From positions 1 through 64,000 of the IMG/VR virus record IMGVR_UViG_3300035698_010610: DNA of 64,000 nt, one strand, 5' to 3'. Position numbers and translations under genes: made by a program. Shown piece after piece: positions 46,790-56,897 of this stretch. Position 1 is the first letter of the stretch; every line of letters begins with the position of its first letter. The notes under the pieces are model-generated. The model was not told the origin of the DNA. It did no database searches and was given only the letters and a program-made list of their open reading frames with translations. This stretch comes from a virus.

Positions 46790-47086
46790 ATGCCGCGAAC
46801 ACTGAAATTCAAACGGAAATACCGCCGCTGGCTGGATGCCGACAAACAGGTGCAAGTCGAACAGATGGCCATGTTCGGCTTTTCGTACCGGGCTATGGGC
46901 GAGGTTATCCTCGGCATCCCGGCGAAGTCCGACACCAACGAGGCGAGGGCTGCGAGGCACGCCTGCATGCAGTACATTCACACCACGAGCATTCGGCTGC
47001 GGCAGTGGCGGAACTGTGAAAGCGTCGTGGCGAAAAACACGGCGTATCGGGCCGCGAAGACTGGCCGCCGCAAGCGGCGTGCCTAA
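46790..47086 (+). CDS. basic hypothetical protein
   Basis: GAGGA RBS; Arg/Lys-rich. Confidence 0.55.
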   Translation: MPRTLKFKRKYRRWLDADKQVQVEQMAMFGFSYRAMGEVILGIPAKSDTNEARAARHACMQYIHTTSIRLRQWRNCESVVAKNTAYRAAKTGRRKRRA

Positions 47087-47099
47087 CGAATCTGGGTCG

Positions 47100-47144
47100 C
47101 CCGCTGTCGGGTTTACGCTTGGTTGCCCGGCGGCGGGTGTTTTT
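47100..47144 (+). terminator. intrinsic terminator
   Basis: CCCGCTGTCGGG...CCCGGCGGCGGG-TGTTTTT. Confidence 0.55.
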
Positions 47145-47161
47145 ACGAAGGGAGAATTGTA

Positions 47162-47365
47162 GTGGACAACTGCCTTTCTATCAGTACGTCGCGACCGGAC
47201 TACATCGACATTTCTATTTCCGAAGAGTCCGCCGATTGCATCGTTATTTGCATTTCCGACGCAGACGCCGACATTGCCGAGGCCGCTATAAGTTCTGCCG
47301 ACGCACGCACGCTGGCCGAGGGGCTTATCAAGCTTGCCGACGACGTCACAAAGGGAGAATCGTAA
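47162..47365 (+). CDS. small acidic protein
   Basis: GGGAG RBS; ARTLAEGLIKLAD. Confidence 0.5.
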   Translation: MDNCLSISTSRPDYIDISISEESADCIVICISDADADIAEAAISSADARTLAEGLIKLADDVTKGES

Positions 47366-47550
47366 TGGGATACCACGAAAACTTTCACACGAACGCGGGT
47401 GGGTTCGCCGCTGTTGACGTTCGCGAGGACGGCGTTTTCCTCGACTGTGAAGACTGCGAGGGCGACACGTCAACGCTGTACCTTGACGCGAACGAGGCCG
47501 TCAAGTTGGCAGGCATACCGACCCGTGCCGCTGACTCGTTGAAACCGTAA
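47365..47550 (+). CDS. small acidic protein, similar in pattern to the previous gene
   Basis: TAATG coupling; LDANEAVKLAG...AAD. Confidence 0.5.
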   Translation: MGYHENFHTNAGGFAAVDVREDGVFLDCEDCEGDTSTLYLDANEAVKLAGIPTRAADSLKP

Positions 47551-47572
47551 CACCAACTGAACGGAGGCGACG

Positions 47573-48112
47573 ATGGGCAAGAGACAATGCGGAGAATGTG
47601 CAGCGTGCTGTGCGTGGACGCGGCTTGAATTCCTGCCCGACAAGCCACGCGGCGAACTGTGCCCGCACGCCCACACGGACACCGCAACGCAGGGGCGGTG
47701 TTCCATCTACGAGACAAGGCCGTCGGTCTGCAAAGGGTTCTCCTGTTCATGGCTCGACGGCTACCTCGACAACGACGCCCGACCTGACCGGTCCGGCATG
47801 TTATTTGAGACTATGCAATTCAGCAACGAGATCGGCCCCGTTGAACCGACAATCTTGCTCGGAATCGTAAACGACATCGACAAGGCTCGCGAATACACCG
47901 AGGAGCGGATCGGCGAGTTCGTTCGCCATGATACCGCGATCCTGCTTGCGTCTCGCGACCCGGACGGCAAAACTTTTATAGCCGGTGACAAGCGGGGAGT
48001 CGCCGTCATTGAAGCTTTTCTTCGCAACACCGCTGCCAACGGCCTGGAGGTGCGATACGCCGACGGCAATATCGAGCGCATTTCTGCCGAAGAACTCAAC
48101 CGGAGAACATAA
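47573..48112 (+). CDS. YkgJ-like CxxCxxCC metal-binding protein
   Basis: CGECAACC, CSIYETRPSVCKGFSCSW. Confidence 0.75.
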   Translation: MGKRQCGECAACCAWTRLEFLPDKPRGELCPHAHTDTATQGRCSIYETRPSVCKGFSCSWLDGYLDNDARPDRSGMLFETMQFSNEIGPVEPTILLGIVNDIDKAREYTEERIGEFVRHDTAILLASRDPDGKTFIAGDKRGVAVIEAFLRNTAANGLEVRYADGNIERISAEELNRRT

Positions 48113-48138
48113 CGTCCACCATCAACAGGAGAGTAAAA

Positions 48139-49083
48139 ATGAAAGCACCATGTACCGAGGATCAGCTTACCCGCGCTCTGCGATACGCCCCCACCATTCC
48201 GGACGGCATGCATCGCGGTGCTAAGGTCACCAGTGACATCGTGCAGGCTGGCACGGCCATGACAATCGTAAGCCATCGCAACTGGCTGATGAAACAGCAA
48301 GACCCGTGGAAAGTGCGGCTCGACTCCGACTTCCGCGTTGCGTCCTTGCACGCCGACGGAACCAACTGGATGAACGGCACGCCGCAGGAAATCTCGCAAA
48401 TGGTCGAGCCGATGGAGATGGTGCGAAACCGAAGACTCCCCGGCAGCCGGGTTCTCGTCGGCGGGCTCGGGCTTGGCATCCTGACGCACCTAATGCACCG
48501 CTACGCAAAAGCGACCCGCGTTGATACCGTGGAGAACGATGGCCGCGTGATTCACCTCGTCAAGGATCACGTCCTGCACGACGAGATTATTCAGGCCGAC
48601 ATTCACCGATTTTGCGAGACGCTGGCCGCGAACCAGTATGATTTTGCGGCGATCGACTCCTGGGCACCAACCGGCGAATCCGCATGGTACGACCGCGTTC
48701 TGCCGCTGCGAAGGGCGCTGCGAGGCAAAGTGCCGGTCGTGTGGTGCTGGGCCGAGGATGAAATGCAAGGGCAGCTTCGCTCGGCACTTGTCAAAGCGAT
48801 GCTGTTTGATTTCGGCAACTACGGCGGATGGTATCGCCGGGTCCGTCCGATAGCCTCCGTGGCTGACGCTCGCGGAATCGCGCCAGCCGCCAACCGGATC
48901 GCAACCGACGATCACGACGCAATGCTCGGAGTGCTCGGTGAAGTAAACCCGCTCACAGGGGAGCACTCAAACCCGGCGATCAACGGCCTCGTGAGCGAAT
49001 TCCTCGACGTGTCGTCCGAGTCCTGGGAAGCGGTCTTCGGGGGCCTCTGGGACGCCGCAACAATGGAGGGTATGGAAACGTGA
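48139..49083 (+). CDS. class I SAM-dependent transferase, spermidine-synthase-like
   Basis: VLVGGLGLG, VDTVEND, QADI, YDFAAIDSW. Confidence 0.75.
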   Translation: MKAPCTEDQLTRALRYAPTIPDGMHRGAKVTSDIVQAGTAMTIVSHRNWLMKQQDPWKVRLDSDFRVASLHADGTNWMNGTPQEISQMVEPMEMVRNRRLPGSRVLVGGLGLGILTHLMHRYAKATRVDTVENDGRVIHLVKDHVLHDEIIQADIHRFCETLAANQYDFAAIDSWAPTGESAWYDRVLPLRRALRGKVPVVWCWAEDEMQGQLRSALVKAMLFDFGNYGGWYRRVRPIASVADARGIAPAANRIATDDHDAMLGVLGEVNPLTGEHSNPAINGLVSEFLDVSSESWEAVFGGLWDAATMEGMET

Positions 49084-49508
49084 AACAACAACTGACCGAC
49101 GCCTACCGCCGCAGTAGGAACCTCCAAAAGTACGCCGCGGCCATTTTCGCCCGGGTCGGTATCCACAGGGCGGACATCGTTCTGAAATGGCACGGCGGAG
49201 ACGTGTTTGCCGTCCGAGTCTCCCCGGATTCGTTCACCCGGCCGCTCGGCGACTACGCGGAAATGCTGGGAGCCCTGCGAATCCGCTTTCGGCGACTACT
49301 CACCGGCACGATCCAATATGGGTCGATTTCCATTGCCGTTGCCGATGGCCGCATCAAGCGGTTGGAATGGACGCACCTATACCGACCCGGCGACCGGCTC
49401 GACGCCCTCGCCAATCACCTTTTTTTGGCCGGAAAGCTTCGCGCTGACAGTGAACGCGGATCGGACGCGGAGCAACTCAATGCACTCTTTCGCCCGACAG
49501 GAGAATAA
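49080..49508 (+). CDS. hypothetical protein
   Basis: GTGA overlap with the upstream gene. Confidence 0.55.
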   Translation: MKQQLTDAYRRSRNLQKYAAAIFARVGIHRADIVLKWHGGDVFAVRVSPDSFTRPLGDYAEMLGALRIRFRRLLTGTIQYGSISIAVADGRIKRLEWTHLYRPGDRLDALANHLFLAGKLRADSERGSDAEQLNALFRPTGE

Positions 49509-49570
49509 CCAGCCTAGTTTTTAGGCCGCGCTCCTGCCGGTGCGGATTTTTACACCAACGAAAGAACGGT

Positions 49571-50188
49571 ATGCAAAACCCATACCTCGACTACGCCGCA
49601 GACTTCGTGCGGCATCCCACCCCCGACGGAACCGTGCTTCGCGGAAGTGAACTGGGGGACCTTGGCGACATAATGCAAGCGCAGAGACACCGCCACCTGG
49701 CCGTCCAGAATTGGGCGTGGGCAATCCCGACGGAGCCCATTGTCCGGGCGATCGCCGAACTGTCCCCGATTATTGAGATGGGCGCGGGGACGGGCTACTG
49801 GGCATGGTGCCTGAACCAGTGCGGAGCCGACGTGCTGGCGTTCGACCACGCGCCGCCTGGGCTCAACAGCCACAACACCCACCACCACACAACCACGCAA
49901 TGGCATCCGGTGCAAGTTGGTCGCCCGTCGATCCTGCGGTGTTATTCTGACCGCACACTCATGCTGTGCTGGCCCGACTACGACAACGACTTTGCAGCCG
50001 AGTGCCTGCGCAGTCACCGGGGAACCGATCTGGTGTTTATCGGCGAGGGGCAGGGCGGCTGCACGGGAAACGATCTGTTTTTCGACCTTCTCAGTTGCAA
50101 CTACAGGAACCCGGCCACGCTGTATATCCCGCAATGGGATGGCATTCACGACGCCGTTCACCTTTACAAGAGGAACCGAAACCGATGA
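49571..50188 (+). CDS. class I SAM-dependent methyltransferase-like protein
   Basis: WAIP, IIEMGAGTGYWA, LMLCWP, FIGEG. Confidence 0.75.
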   Translation: MQNPYLDYAADFVRHPTPDGTVLRGSELGDLGDIMQAQRHRHLAVQNWAWAIPTEPIVRAIAELSPIIEMGAGTGYWAWCLNQCGADVLAFDHAPPGLNSHNTHHHTTTQWHPVQVGRPSILRCYSDRTLMLCWPDYDNDFAAECLRSHRGTDLVFIGEGQGGCTGNDLFFDLLSCNYRNPATLYIPQWDGIHDAVHLYKRNRNR

Positions 50189-50460
50189 AATCGTTCGGAA
50201 TATTTTGCACTAGGATCGTGGGGGCCGCGTCGCTACTTGTGGGGGCCGTCATCCCGCTAGGTGTTCAGTGGCTCTACTGCCACGGGCCGGACTGGACGCA
50301 ACTCAAGTCGGGGCATAGCGAGAACGAACCCGCCGCCGGGCTCTGCCTGACGGCAGCCTTGACAGTTTTCCTGTTTATCGTATTCGGCTGCTGGATGTTC
50401 GTGATCGCCAGCAACGCATCGCCGGAGGACGACAAACAACCTCCACCGGCTGGCCGGTGA
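50185..50460 (+). CDS. two-TM membrane protein
   Basis: two hydrophobic segments; ATGA overlap. Confidence 0.55.
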   Translation: MKSFGIFCTRIVGAASLLVGAVIPLGVQWLYCHGPDWTQLKSGHSENEPAAGLCLTAALTVFLFIVFGCWMFVIASNASPEDDKQPPPAGR

Positions 50461-50491
50461 TGGACCAGGTACGGCTCAAACCAAACAGCGT

Positions 50492-50680
50492 TATAATGGA
50501 CGCTTAGGAAAATGATGACTTGGCAGGGCATCGCGGGCTTGGACCGTCCGAAGCGATGCATTGCCCCCGGCTTCGGGCCGGGACTCTCCCGTGGCGTGCG
50601 ACCACGCGCCACGCCTGCGCCGAGCGAACGGTCCGGGCGGCTGGGCATCCACTCGCTGCTTCCCGGCGCAGGACCTTTTT
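50492..50680 (+). ncRNA. candidate small structured RNA
   Basis: TATAAT at 50492; four hairpins; GGACCGT/ACGGTCC complementarity; ends in a U tract. Confidence 0.45.
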
Positions 50681-50702
50681 CTCAAGCACAAAGGACCCCC
50701 CA

Positions 50703-51107
50703 ATGCGAAAGAAACCTTACCCACCGGCAGCCCGGATTATCAACGGCATTCCGCTGTCCATGCGAACGACCGACGCCGACGGGATGAATGGGGCTTTTTG
50801 GGTTGGCAACCTGCGGTGCATCGTATCTGACGGCGGCGGCTGGGATCATGTTAGCGTGTCCCTGCCGGACCGTTGCCCGACGTGGCAGGAAATGCAACGA
50901 GCCCGAGCGTGTTTCTGGCGCGACGATGAATGGGTGGTGCAATACTCGCCCGCCGTCACGTCGCATATCAACTACCATCAGTCTTGTCTCCACTGGTGGA
51001 AACCGCAGAACGAAACGATGCCGACGCCCCCGCCGGAATTCGTGGGGGTGCCGGAGACTGCGGCTGACCGCGACAAGCTCTATCAACGAAAGGGGCGACA
51101 CCGTTGA
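50703..51107 (+). CDS. phage hypothetical protein
   Basis: GWDHVSVS...CPTWQEM...CLHWW. Confidence 0.7.
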   Translation: MRKKPYPPAARIINGIPLSMRTTDADGMNGAFWVGNLRCIVSDGGGWDHVSVSLPDRCPTWQEMQRARACFWRDDEWVVQYSPAVTSHINYHQSCLHWWKPQNETMPTPPPEFVGVPETAADRDKLYQRKGRHR

Positions 51108-51149
51108 AGTGCAATTTGAAACTGACCCGCAACCAACTGGAGGACGATC

Positions 51150-51419
51150 ATGTCCCCGCTTGAATTACAGGAAGTCATCGACCAGATCCACGCCGTCGGG
51201 CCGACTCGGGTGATCGTTGACGATCAAGGCACGGCGATGTCGCCAACCTACGCCGCACATTGCGGCCACGACATCGCCATCGCGGTGGTCTTCATCCGTG
51301 CTGACGGGTGGTCGCTCGGCGCGGCTGCTGAACTGGAAGACGCTGCAAGATCGATATGGCCTGAGAGTTGGGTTGCGGTCTTGCGTGGTTTCCTTTTGGA
51401 ATTGGAGAACCCGCGATGA
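51150..51419 (+). CDS. hypothetical protein
   Basis: GGAGG RBS. Confidence 0.55.
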   Translation: MSPLELQEVIDQIHAVGPTRVIVDDQGTAMSPTYAAHCGHDIAIAVVFIRADGWSLGAAAELEDAARSIWPESWVAVLRGFLLELENPR

Positions 51420-51829
51420 CCGACAAAGTGACAAAAATGCAAGCCGCCGACCGTATGGCGTTCACCCTGTGGCCGCACAACTGGGCCAACCTGTTCGAGT
51501 GCTTGCACTCCGGGCTGTCTCGGATCGAGTCTTCCGGTGCGTTCTGGGCATCTGTCCAGGCGCTGGAAAGTCAGTACGACGCGGCGACCGGGGAGTCGCA
51601 TGGCTGGATCGGGCGGCCGACGCCGCACGCCCTTGTCAATGACGATCTCGTCGGGGCTATCGCCGCCCTGGAATCAATCCTGGACGACATCAATGAAGGA
51701 ACGCAAGTGGATGTTGAAGCAGTTCGTCTGGCGATAGAAGATCGCATTCTCAAACGATTACAGCGGGCCGCTGGCACGCTCAACCCGGCCGGGCATTACC
51801 GTGACTTTGACCGGAATAAACAGGAATAA
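51416..51829 (+). CDS. hypothetical protein
   Basis: ATGA overlap, GGAGA RBS. Confidence 0.55.
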   Translation: MTDKVTKMQAADRMAFTLWPHNWANLFECLHSGLSRIESSGAFWASVQALESQYDAATGESHGWIGRPTPHALVNDDLVGAIAALESILDDINEGTQVDVEAVRLAIEDRILKRLQRAAGTLNPAGHYRDFDRNKQE

Positions 51830-51841
51830 GGAGGCAGCTAG

Positions 51842-52147
51842 ATGGACCGGGCCTTTATGATCGACTTTTTCCTCTTCATCACGTTCGGGTCTACATTGTG
51901 CGTTGGCATCGGCCTGCGGATGGGGGCGGACGTGGCGTGGAGTCAATCGGAAATTCTCACCTCCCGCATGGCGGAAATTCTCGCCTCCAGCATAGACGGC
52001 ACGCAGGATGCGGAGCGGAAGAAAGTCGCGCACTACATCGGGGCCACCCTTACACTTTACGGAGTGCTTCAAGGGGCGTCGCGTATCTGGTTCGGCGCGG
52101 CCGTTGTCACGGCCGTCGCGGGGGCCATCTATCACTTCATTTTCTAA
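51842..52147 (+). CDS. membrane protein
   Basis: GGAGG RBS; 2-3 hydrophobic segments. Confidence 0.55.
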   Translation: MDRAFMIDFFLFITFGSTLCVGIGLRMGADVAWSQSEILTSRMAEILASSIDGTQDAERKKVAHYIGATLTLYGVLQGASRIWFGAAVVTAVAGAIYHFIF

Positions 52148-52160
52148 GGGGGGAGTTCTG

Positions 52161-52655
52161 GTGCATTTTGACACAACGCCTTCGCCTGTCCATTGCCGGG
52201 AAACACGGGGCGTCCTGGAGAGCATCCTTGCCCAAGTGACCCGCCTCATGGGCCTGTACGGGGTGCCGTCCTCGGCGGTGTTCCTTGCTGCTGTGGACCC
52301 CGAGACCGACAAAACGCATCTCGTAGCGCTGCCGACAAAGAAGTTGCTCAGCCCGGACGAACCCGGCGATCCGAGCAACCCGCCGATTGATGCACTCCGG
52401 GCCGTAGCGCTTCACGCGGCAATGGTCTCCGCAGCCCCTCACGCCAACCCGGCAGGGTGGTGGTCCGGCATCCTGGTGGCGGAAGGCAGCCCAGATCAAG
52501 GGCGGGCTATTGCCCATGTTATCACGCCGGGATGTGCGTGGATGGCCGACGTCACTGCAAAATGGGACACACCCGAAGAATGCCCGAACCTCGACCGTCC
52601 CAATGCCTGGGACCGCGGCATCGTACGCTTCACTGCACCGCACAACGCGAACTAA
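52161..52655 (+). CDS. hypothetical protein
   Basis: GGGGGAG RBS. Confidence 0.5.
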   Translation: MHFDTTPSPVHCRETRGVLESILAQVTRLMGLYGVPSSAVFLAAVDPETDKTHLVALPTKKLLSPDEPGDPSNPPIDALRAVALHAAMVSAAPHANPAGWWSGILVAEGSPDQGRAIAHVITPGCAWMADVTAKWDTPEECPNLDRPNAWDRGIVRFTAPHNAN

Positions 52656-52676
52656 GCCCACGGAAAGGTCAACTAG

Positions 52677-53138
52677 ATGGACGGGGCACAACAGCGGGCC
52701 AACGCATTCACGGACCGCCACGACATCGCGTTCGGAGACTATCGCAAACACCTTCCAGCAAAAGCGAGGGATTTCCCGCCGCCAGAGCGGATCAAGTCCC
52801 ACGCCGTGATGCGGCAATTTCACTTCCTCTGGGACCATTGCCAAGTCTGCGGCCGAGGAAGCCGCAGGCTTGGCGTCAAACTGGAGGCCCACCACATCAT
52901 CGGCGGGCAGCAAGGGCGCAGCGACGAACTGTGCAACCTGCTGATGCTTTGCGACGACCATCACCGCGACGTGAAAACCCGCAAGCTGCCGCAGGGGTTG
53001 TTGATCTGGTGCAAGTGGCGAACGGACCGGTTCAACACGGACTGGGTGCGCCTTGCAATTCTGTCGCGGCGATTCCTGCCCGACCTGATTATCGACCGCG
53101 AATTAGCTGCGTCATATTTCCGAGAACTGACACGCTAA
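52677..53138 (+). CDS. HNH endonuclease
   Basis: CQVCG...LEAHHII...DELCNLLMLCDDHH. Confidence 0.8.
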   Translation: MDGAQQRANAFTDRHDIAFGDYRKHLPAKARDFPPPERIKSHAVMRQFHFLWDHCQVCGRGSRRLGVKLEAHHIIGGQQGRSDELCNLLMLCDDHHRDVKTRKLPQGLLIWCKWRTDRFNTDWVRLAILSRRFLPDLIIDRELAASYFRELTR

Positions 53139-53153
53139 TCGAAAGGGAAAGCC

Positions 53154-53441
53154 GTGAAACACAAAACCAACATCACCCGATTCACGTCAGCGGTTGCGGA
53201 CGCCGACGGCAACACCGATAAAATGCGAGTGGAAACCACCGGGAAGGTCTTGATCTACCCCCGGAAGCACAAAGCCGCCGCCCGTCAAATCGGCCGACTG
53301 CAAACCGAACTGATCGAAGAGGTGAAGGAACACAACAGAACCCGGAATCGGGCCAAACACTGCACCAACTGCGCCGCCTGGAAGGATGGTGTTTGCGGAA
53401 TGCTTTCCGGCAAGCAGGATCGTCACGTTACGTCCGGGTAG
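53154..53441 (+). CDS. hypothetical protein
   Basis: CTNC...C; RBS present. Confidence 0.45.
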   Translation: MKHKTNITRFTSAVADADGNTDKMRVETTGKVLIYPRKHKAAARQIGRLQTELIEEVKEHNRTRNRAKHCTNCAAWKDGVCGMLSGKQDRHVTSG

Positions 53442-53542
53442 ACGGGCGGGGTGCTCATTCTCAATACCACCCAGGTGCTAACGTGCGGCGATTTCGGCTG
53501 CGTGATGTTCCGCCCCCGACTTACGAAAAAGGGAGCCAAGCC

Positions 53543-53752
53543 GTGAAGCTGCAATACACGTTTACCTGCCACGCAATCGACTCCGCCAACGGAAAGTCCG
53601 CCGAACTCGATGCGGAGCAACTTGAAGACCTTGATGCATTGTTCGAGGACTACATTAGCAGGTTCATCCCGTCGGGGCTGGAAACGGCCGACGGGGGCCA
53701 GGTGATCGTGTTCGGTGTTGAACTGACCAATGACACACAAGAGACCCAATGA
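53543..53752 (+). CDS. small acidic protein
   Basis: GGGAG RBS, GTG start. Confidence 0.5.
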   Translation: MKLQYTFTCHAIDSANGKSAELDAEQLEDLDALFEDYISRFIPSGLETADGGQVIVFGVELTNDTQETQ

Positions 53753-54600
53753 TGGAAACCACGAAATCGGAACTACGCAACCGCGTTATCGCCCTCGCCC
53801 GTGACCTCGAAGAACAGATCAACACGGCTGCGTTTCAAACCGAACGAGCCGACGGGCTGGCACAGGAGGTCGCTGGACTCACCACCGACCTCCGCACGCT
53901 GACGAACACCCTGTTTGAGTTGCGCCGAGCCGCCGCACAAGCAGAAGCCCAGACGAACGCTGACGCTGACCGCGACCGTGCTCGCGAACAACCGAAAGCA
54001 CCGGCGCCAGAAACCACCGGCCACGTCTCTGATGACTCCGGGGACGGCAGGCACGTCACCATCACGACCGGCCCATTCCGTTGCGTGGCGAGATACAAGC
54101 GGAAAGTCCTCGCCGAAAAGATCGGAAACATGCAGCAAGACCAGTTCCAAATCCAGGCGGCATACATCGCTTGCCAACGCCACCTGGAGATGGCCAAGCG
54201 GACCCGCGACCGATGCAAGGCATTATACGAAGGCACGAAGGCGGCAAGATACGAAGACACCCTGAGAGCTTTTGTCACGCACGCCTACGAAGTGCCGCTG
54301 CTTGAATGGGTTCGCCAGCACCACAAGGCATACCTGGCGTGCGATCCCGGCGGCTGTGGAGTTGACTTCCGGAAAGCCATGCAATGCGTCCTCGCACTGG
54401 CAGGGGGCGCCGACGCACGCTCGCCGCAACCCCCTGCCGAAGGCGCTTTGGATGCGCTCACTGCCACGCTGAAAGCAGCCGACGAACACCGAGACATTGC
54501 CAGCGACGTGCCGACGCAAACGGAGGCGAAAGAAGGCGGATCGCCACACAGCGGCATCCCGTCAGCGCCGAACCCCGAAGGCCGGGAACTGGAGCGATGA
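53749..54600 (+). CDS. coiled-coil hypothetical protein
   Basis: 283 aa ORF. Confidence 0.6.
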   Translation: MMETTKSELRNRVIALARDLEEQINTAAFQTERADGLAQEVAGLTTDLRTLTNTLFELRRAAAQAEAQTNADADRDRAREQPKAPAPETTGHVSDDSGDGRHVTITTGPFRCVARYKRKVLAEKIGNMQQDQFQIQAAYIACQRHLEMAKRTRDRCKALYEGTKAARYEDTLRAFVTHAYEVPLLEWVRQHHKAYLACDPGGCGVDFRKAMQCVLALAGGADARSPQPPAEGALDALTATLKAADEHRDIASDVPTQTEAKEGGSPHSGIPSAPNPEGRELER

Positions 54601-54667
54601 ATGGCCGACCGGGCCGCAACAACCGCTTACGTTCGAGACATTAAACACAAAAAGGATTTACACCAAC

Positions 54668-55981
54668 ATGCCCCTACCCGATTCGCTCGACTCCTCGGTG
54701 GTCCTCGACATAACGCAGAACCGCGTCACCGTCACCACCGGCACACACCAGTCCACATTCCTCGACACGATCGAGGAGGCGGCGAACGCCGTCGCGCTGT
54801 GCCACGCAAAGGCAATCCAACTGGAAGACACCATCCGCACGCTGACGGGACGGCGGGAGGAATTGCGGGGGCTCAACCGGCAACTCCAAGATGAAATCCG
54901 GCACCGCAAGGACAAGGCCGAGGAACTTCGCGCTGCCGTAGGGAAATCGCAGATCGCACACGGCAAAGCAACGACAATGGTTGGCCAACACAAAGAGACG
55001 ATCCGCGCACTAGAAAAGCAACTGCACCCCCTCCGGGAGGCCAGGGCGCACGGCGATCCGCAGCGGTTCACCGTTGCGGTTAATCAGGACGAAAACAAAG
55101 TCAGCAATCAATACGTGATCGATTGCGACTCGGAATTTGATGCCATGCAGATCGCCTTCGCATTAGACGGCGGCTGGGGAGCGGACGGAAACGCAACCGG
55201 GCTGCTTGAACTGGCGAGGCGGTATTGCATGACGACTCCAAACGCACAACCGGCAGCGACGATAGACTTGCTGCCCATCGACACGGTGGCTGGAGCGCTG
55301 GCGTTCGTGGACAAAGCACACAAGGGACCGCTGCGGCGATTGCACCGCCAGGCGATGGAGGTGGCTAAAACCTTGGCCGCTGCGTGTCGGCGAGGCATGG
55401 ACTACCGCAAAGAAACGGAAGCGTCGTTACAGAAGGGCGAAGCGGAAGCCAAGCGGTTGCAAGAAGTAGCCAAAATCCTGGTCGACGAAGTCAACTGGCG
55501 GAAAAACCACCACAACGAATTCCTCAAAGAGGCCGCTGCCGACAACCAGTCGCGTGACACGGAGATCGCACGGCTGACCCGCCTTCTGGGTTTGCCGGGG
55601 CCGCGGTCCGCGATAACAAGAGAGCTTGGCGAATGCCAACGCAACGCTGCTGAGTATTCGACGCAGCTTGCCCACGCCAAGAACGAGATCGCGACTTTGC
55701 GACACCGACTCCAGGTCGCGAACGAATTCGGGATGCAAGTCCAGCAACTACTCCAGGACTCCACTGCTTCCGTCCTGCCGCAGAAATGGGACGCGACACC
55801 GGATAACGTCATCGGTGCCTTGACCGCGACCTTATGGACTGCGGAAACCAACCGCGACCAACTGCTGGCGGCAGGGGACGCTCGCGACAAGGCAATTGAC
55901 GCCGCTGACGACATCGAGAATGACCGGGACGCCATTGCAGCCCAGCTCGCTGACGTGCAGCAAAAAGCCCGAAAGCCTTAA
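54668..55981 (+). CDS. long coiled-coil hypothetical protein
   Basis: heptad-rich; start uncertain. Confidence 0.6.
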   Translation: MPLPDSLDSSVVLDITQNRVTVTTGTHQSTFLDTIEEAANAVALCHAKAIQLEDTIRTLTGRREELRGLNRQLQDEIRHRKDKAEELRAAVGKSQIAHGKATTMVGQHKETIRALEKQLHPLREARAHGDPQRFTVAVNQDENKVSNQYVIDCDSEFDAMQIAFALDGGWGADGNATGLLELARRYCMTTPNAQPAATIDLLPIDTVAGALAFVDKAHKGPLRRLHRQAMEVAKTLAAACRRGMDYRKETEASLQKGEAEAKRLQEVAKILVDEVNWRKNHHNEFLKEAAADNQSRDTEIARLTRLLGLPGPRSAITRELGECQRNAAEYSTQLAHAKNEIATLRHRLQVANEFGMQVQQLLQDSTASVLPQKWDATPDNVIGALTATLWTAETNRDQLLAAGDARDKAIDAADDIENDRDAIAAQLADVQQKARKP

Positions 55982-56017
55982 ACCCGATCCCAAGCCCCCT
56001 GCCGCAGGAGACCCGCC

Positions 56018-56897
56018 GTGCCGCTATACATTTTGACCGTCCAAGCAAACGCCACGAATATGGCCGAGGCCATCACCGAAGCCTTCCACGTTGCCAAGGA
56101 GTATCCCGACGGTTGCGAAGTGCGAGCCGGCCACAAAGTCCACGCCACGGTCTACCCTAGCGGGGACGTGGCGTTCCCAGCAATAGCAAGGAAAACAAGT
56201 AGTCAGCAGCAACCGCCGCAAGAGGGGAGAAGAGGGAATGAGTAAGGCACTATCACCGGCAGTGGTCGCTGCCCTGCGGGAATTCGCGAGCAGTCAGCAG
56301 GGTGCGTTCCCCGGGGCTATCGGCAGGAGCGGCACAGTCCTGGTGCGAGCGGGCCTGGCACGGAGGCTTGGCCTCCGCACTTACGGAGGCACCTACCGGA
56401 ACGGCGAACGGCCAGACCGCTGGGTGGAATTCGAGTTGACACCCAGCGGTCAGAGGCTAACAGCGGCAACCGCCGCAGGAGGGAAGTGAGATGCCGTTCC
56501 GTGCGTATCCAGATCCGATCTGCATGGAATGCGCACAGGAGTGTGCTATTTGGGAGATCGTCGAAACGCTTCCCAGTGGTGGAGGATGCGAACTCTGGTG
56601 CTACTGCACAAAGTGCAATGTCGAGACCTTTCACCCAGCAATAGCAGCGGCAACCGCCGCAGAAAGCGAGGCGAGCCAATGAAAATCGACGCGACCAAAA
56701 TCGTTGTCGTGACCGTCGGATACGAGACCGTGAAGGAGTTCCGCCGGCAGTGGCCGGGATTCACGATCACGGCAATCGACGATCGCAAGGTGCTCGGATT
56801 CTGTGAGGGATGCGGCAGGGTGCTGTACGAGGTCTGCGGGTTGTGCTTTTGTAAGGAGCGGGATTCAGCAGCGGCGAAGGCCGCAGGAGGAGAGTGA
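56018..56897 (+). CDS. four small coupled hypothetical genes (56018-56245, 56238-56489, 56491-56682, 56679-56897)
   Basis: overlapping start/stop codons; two carry CxxC pairs; shared 3' repeat. Confidence 0.55.
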
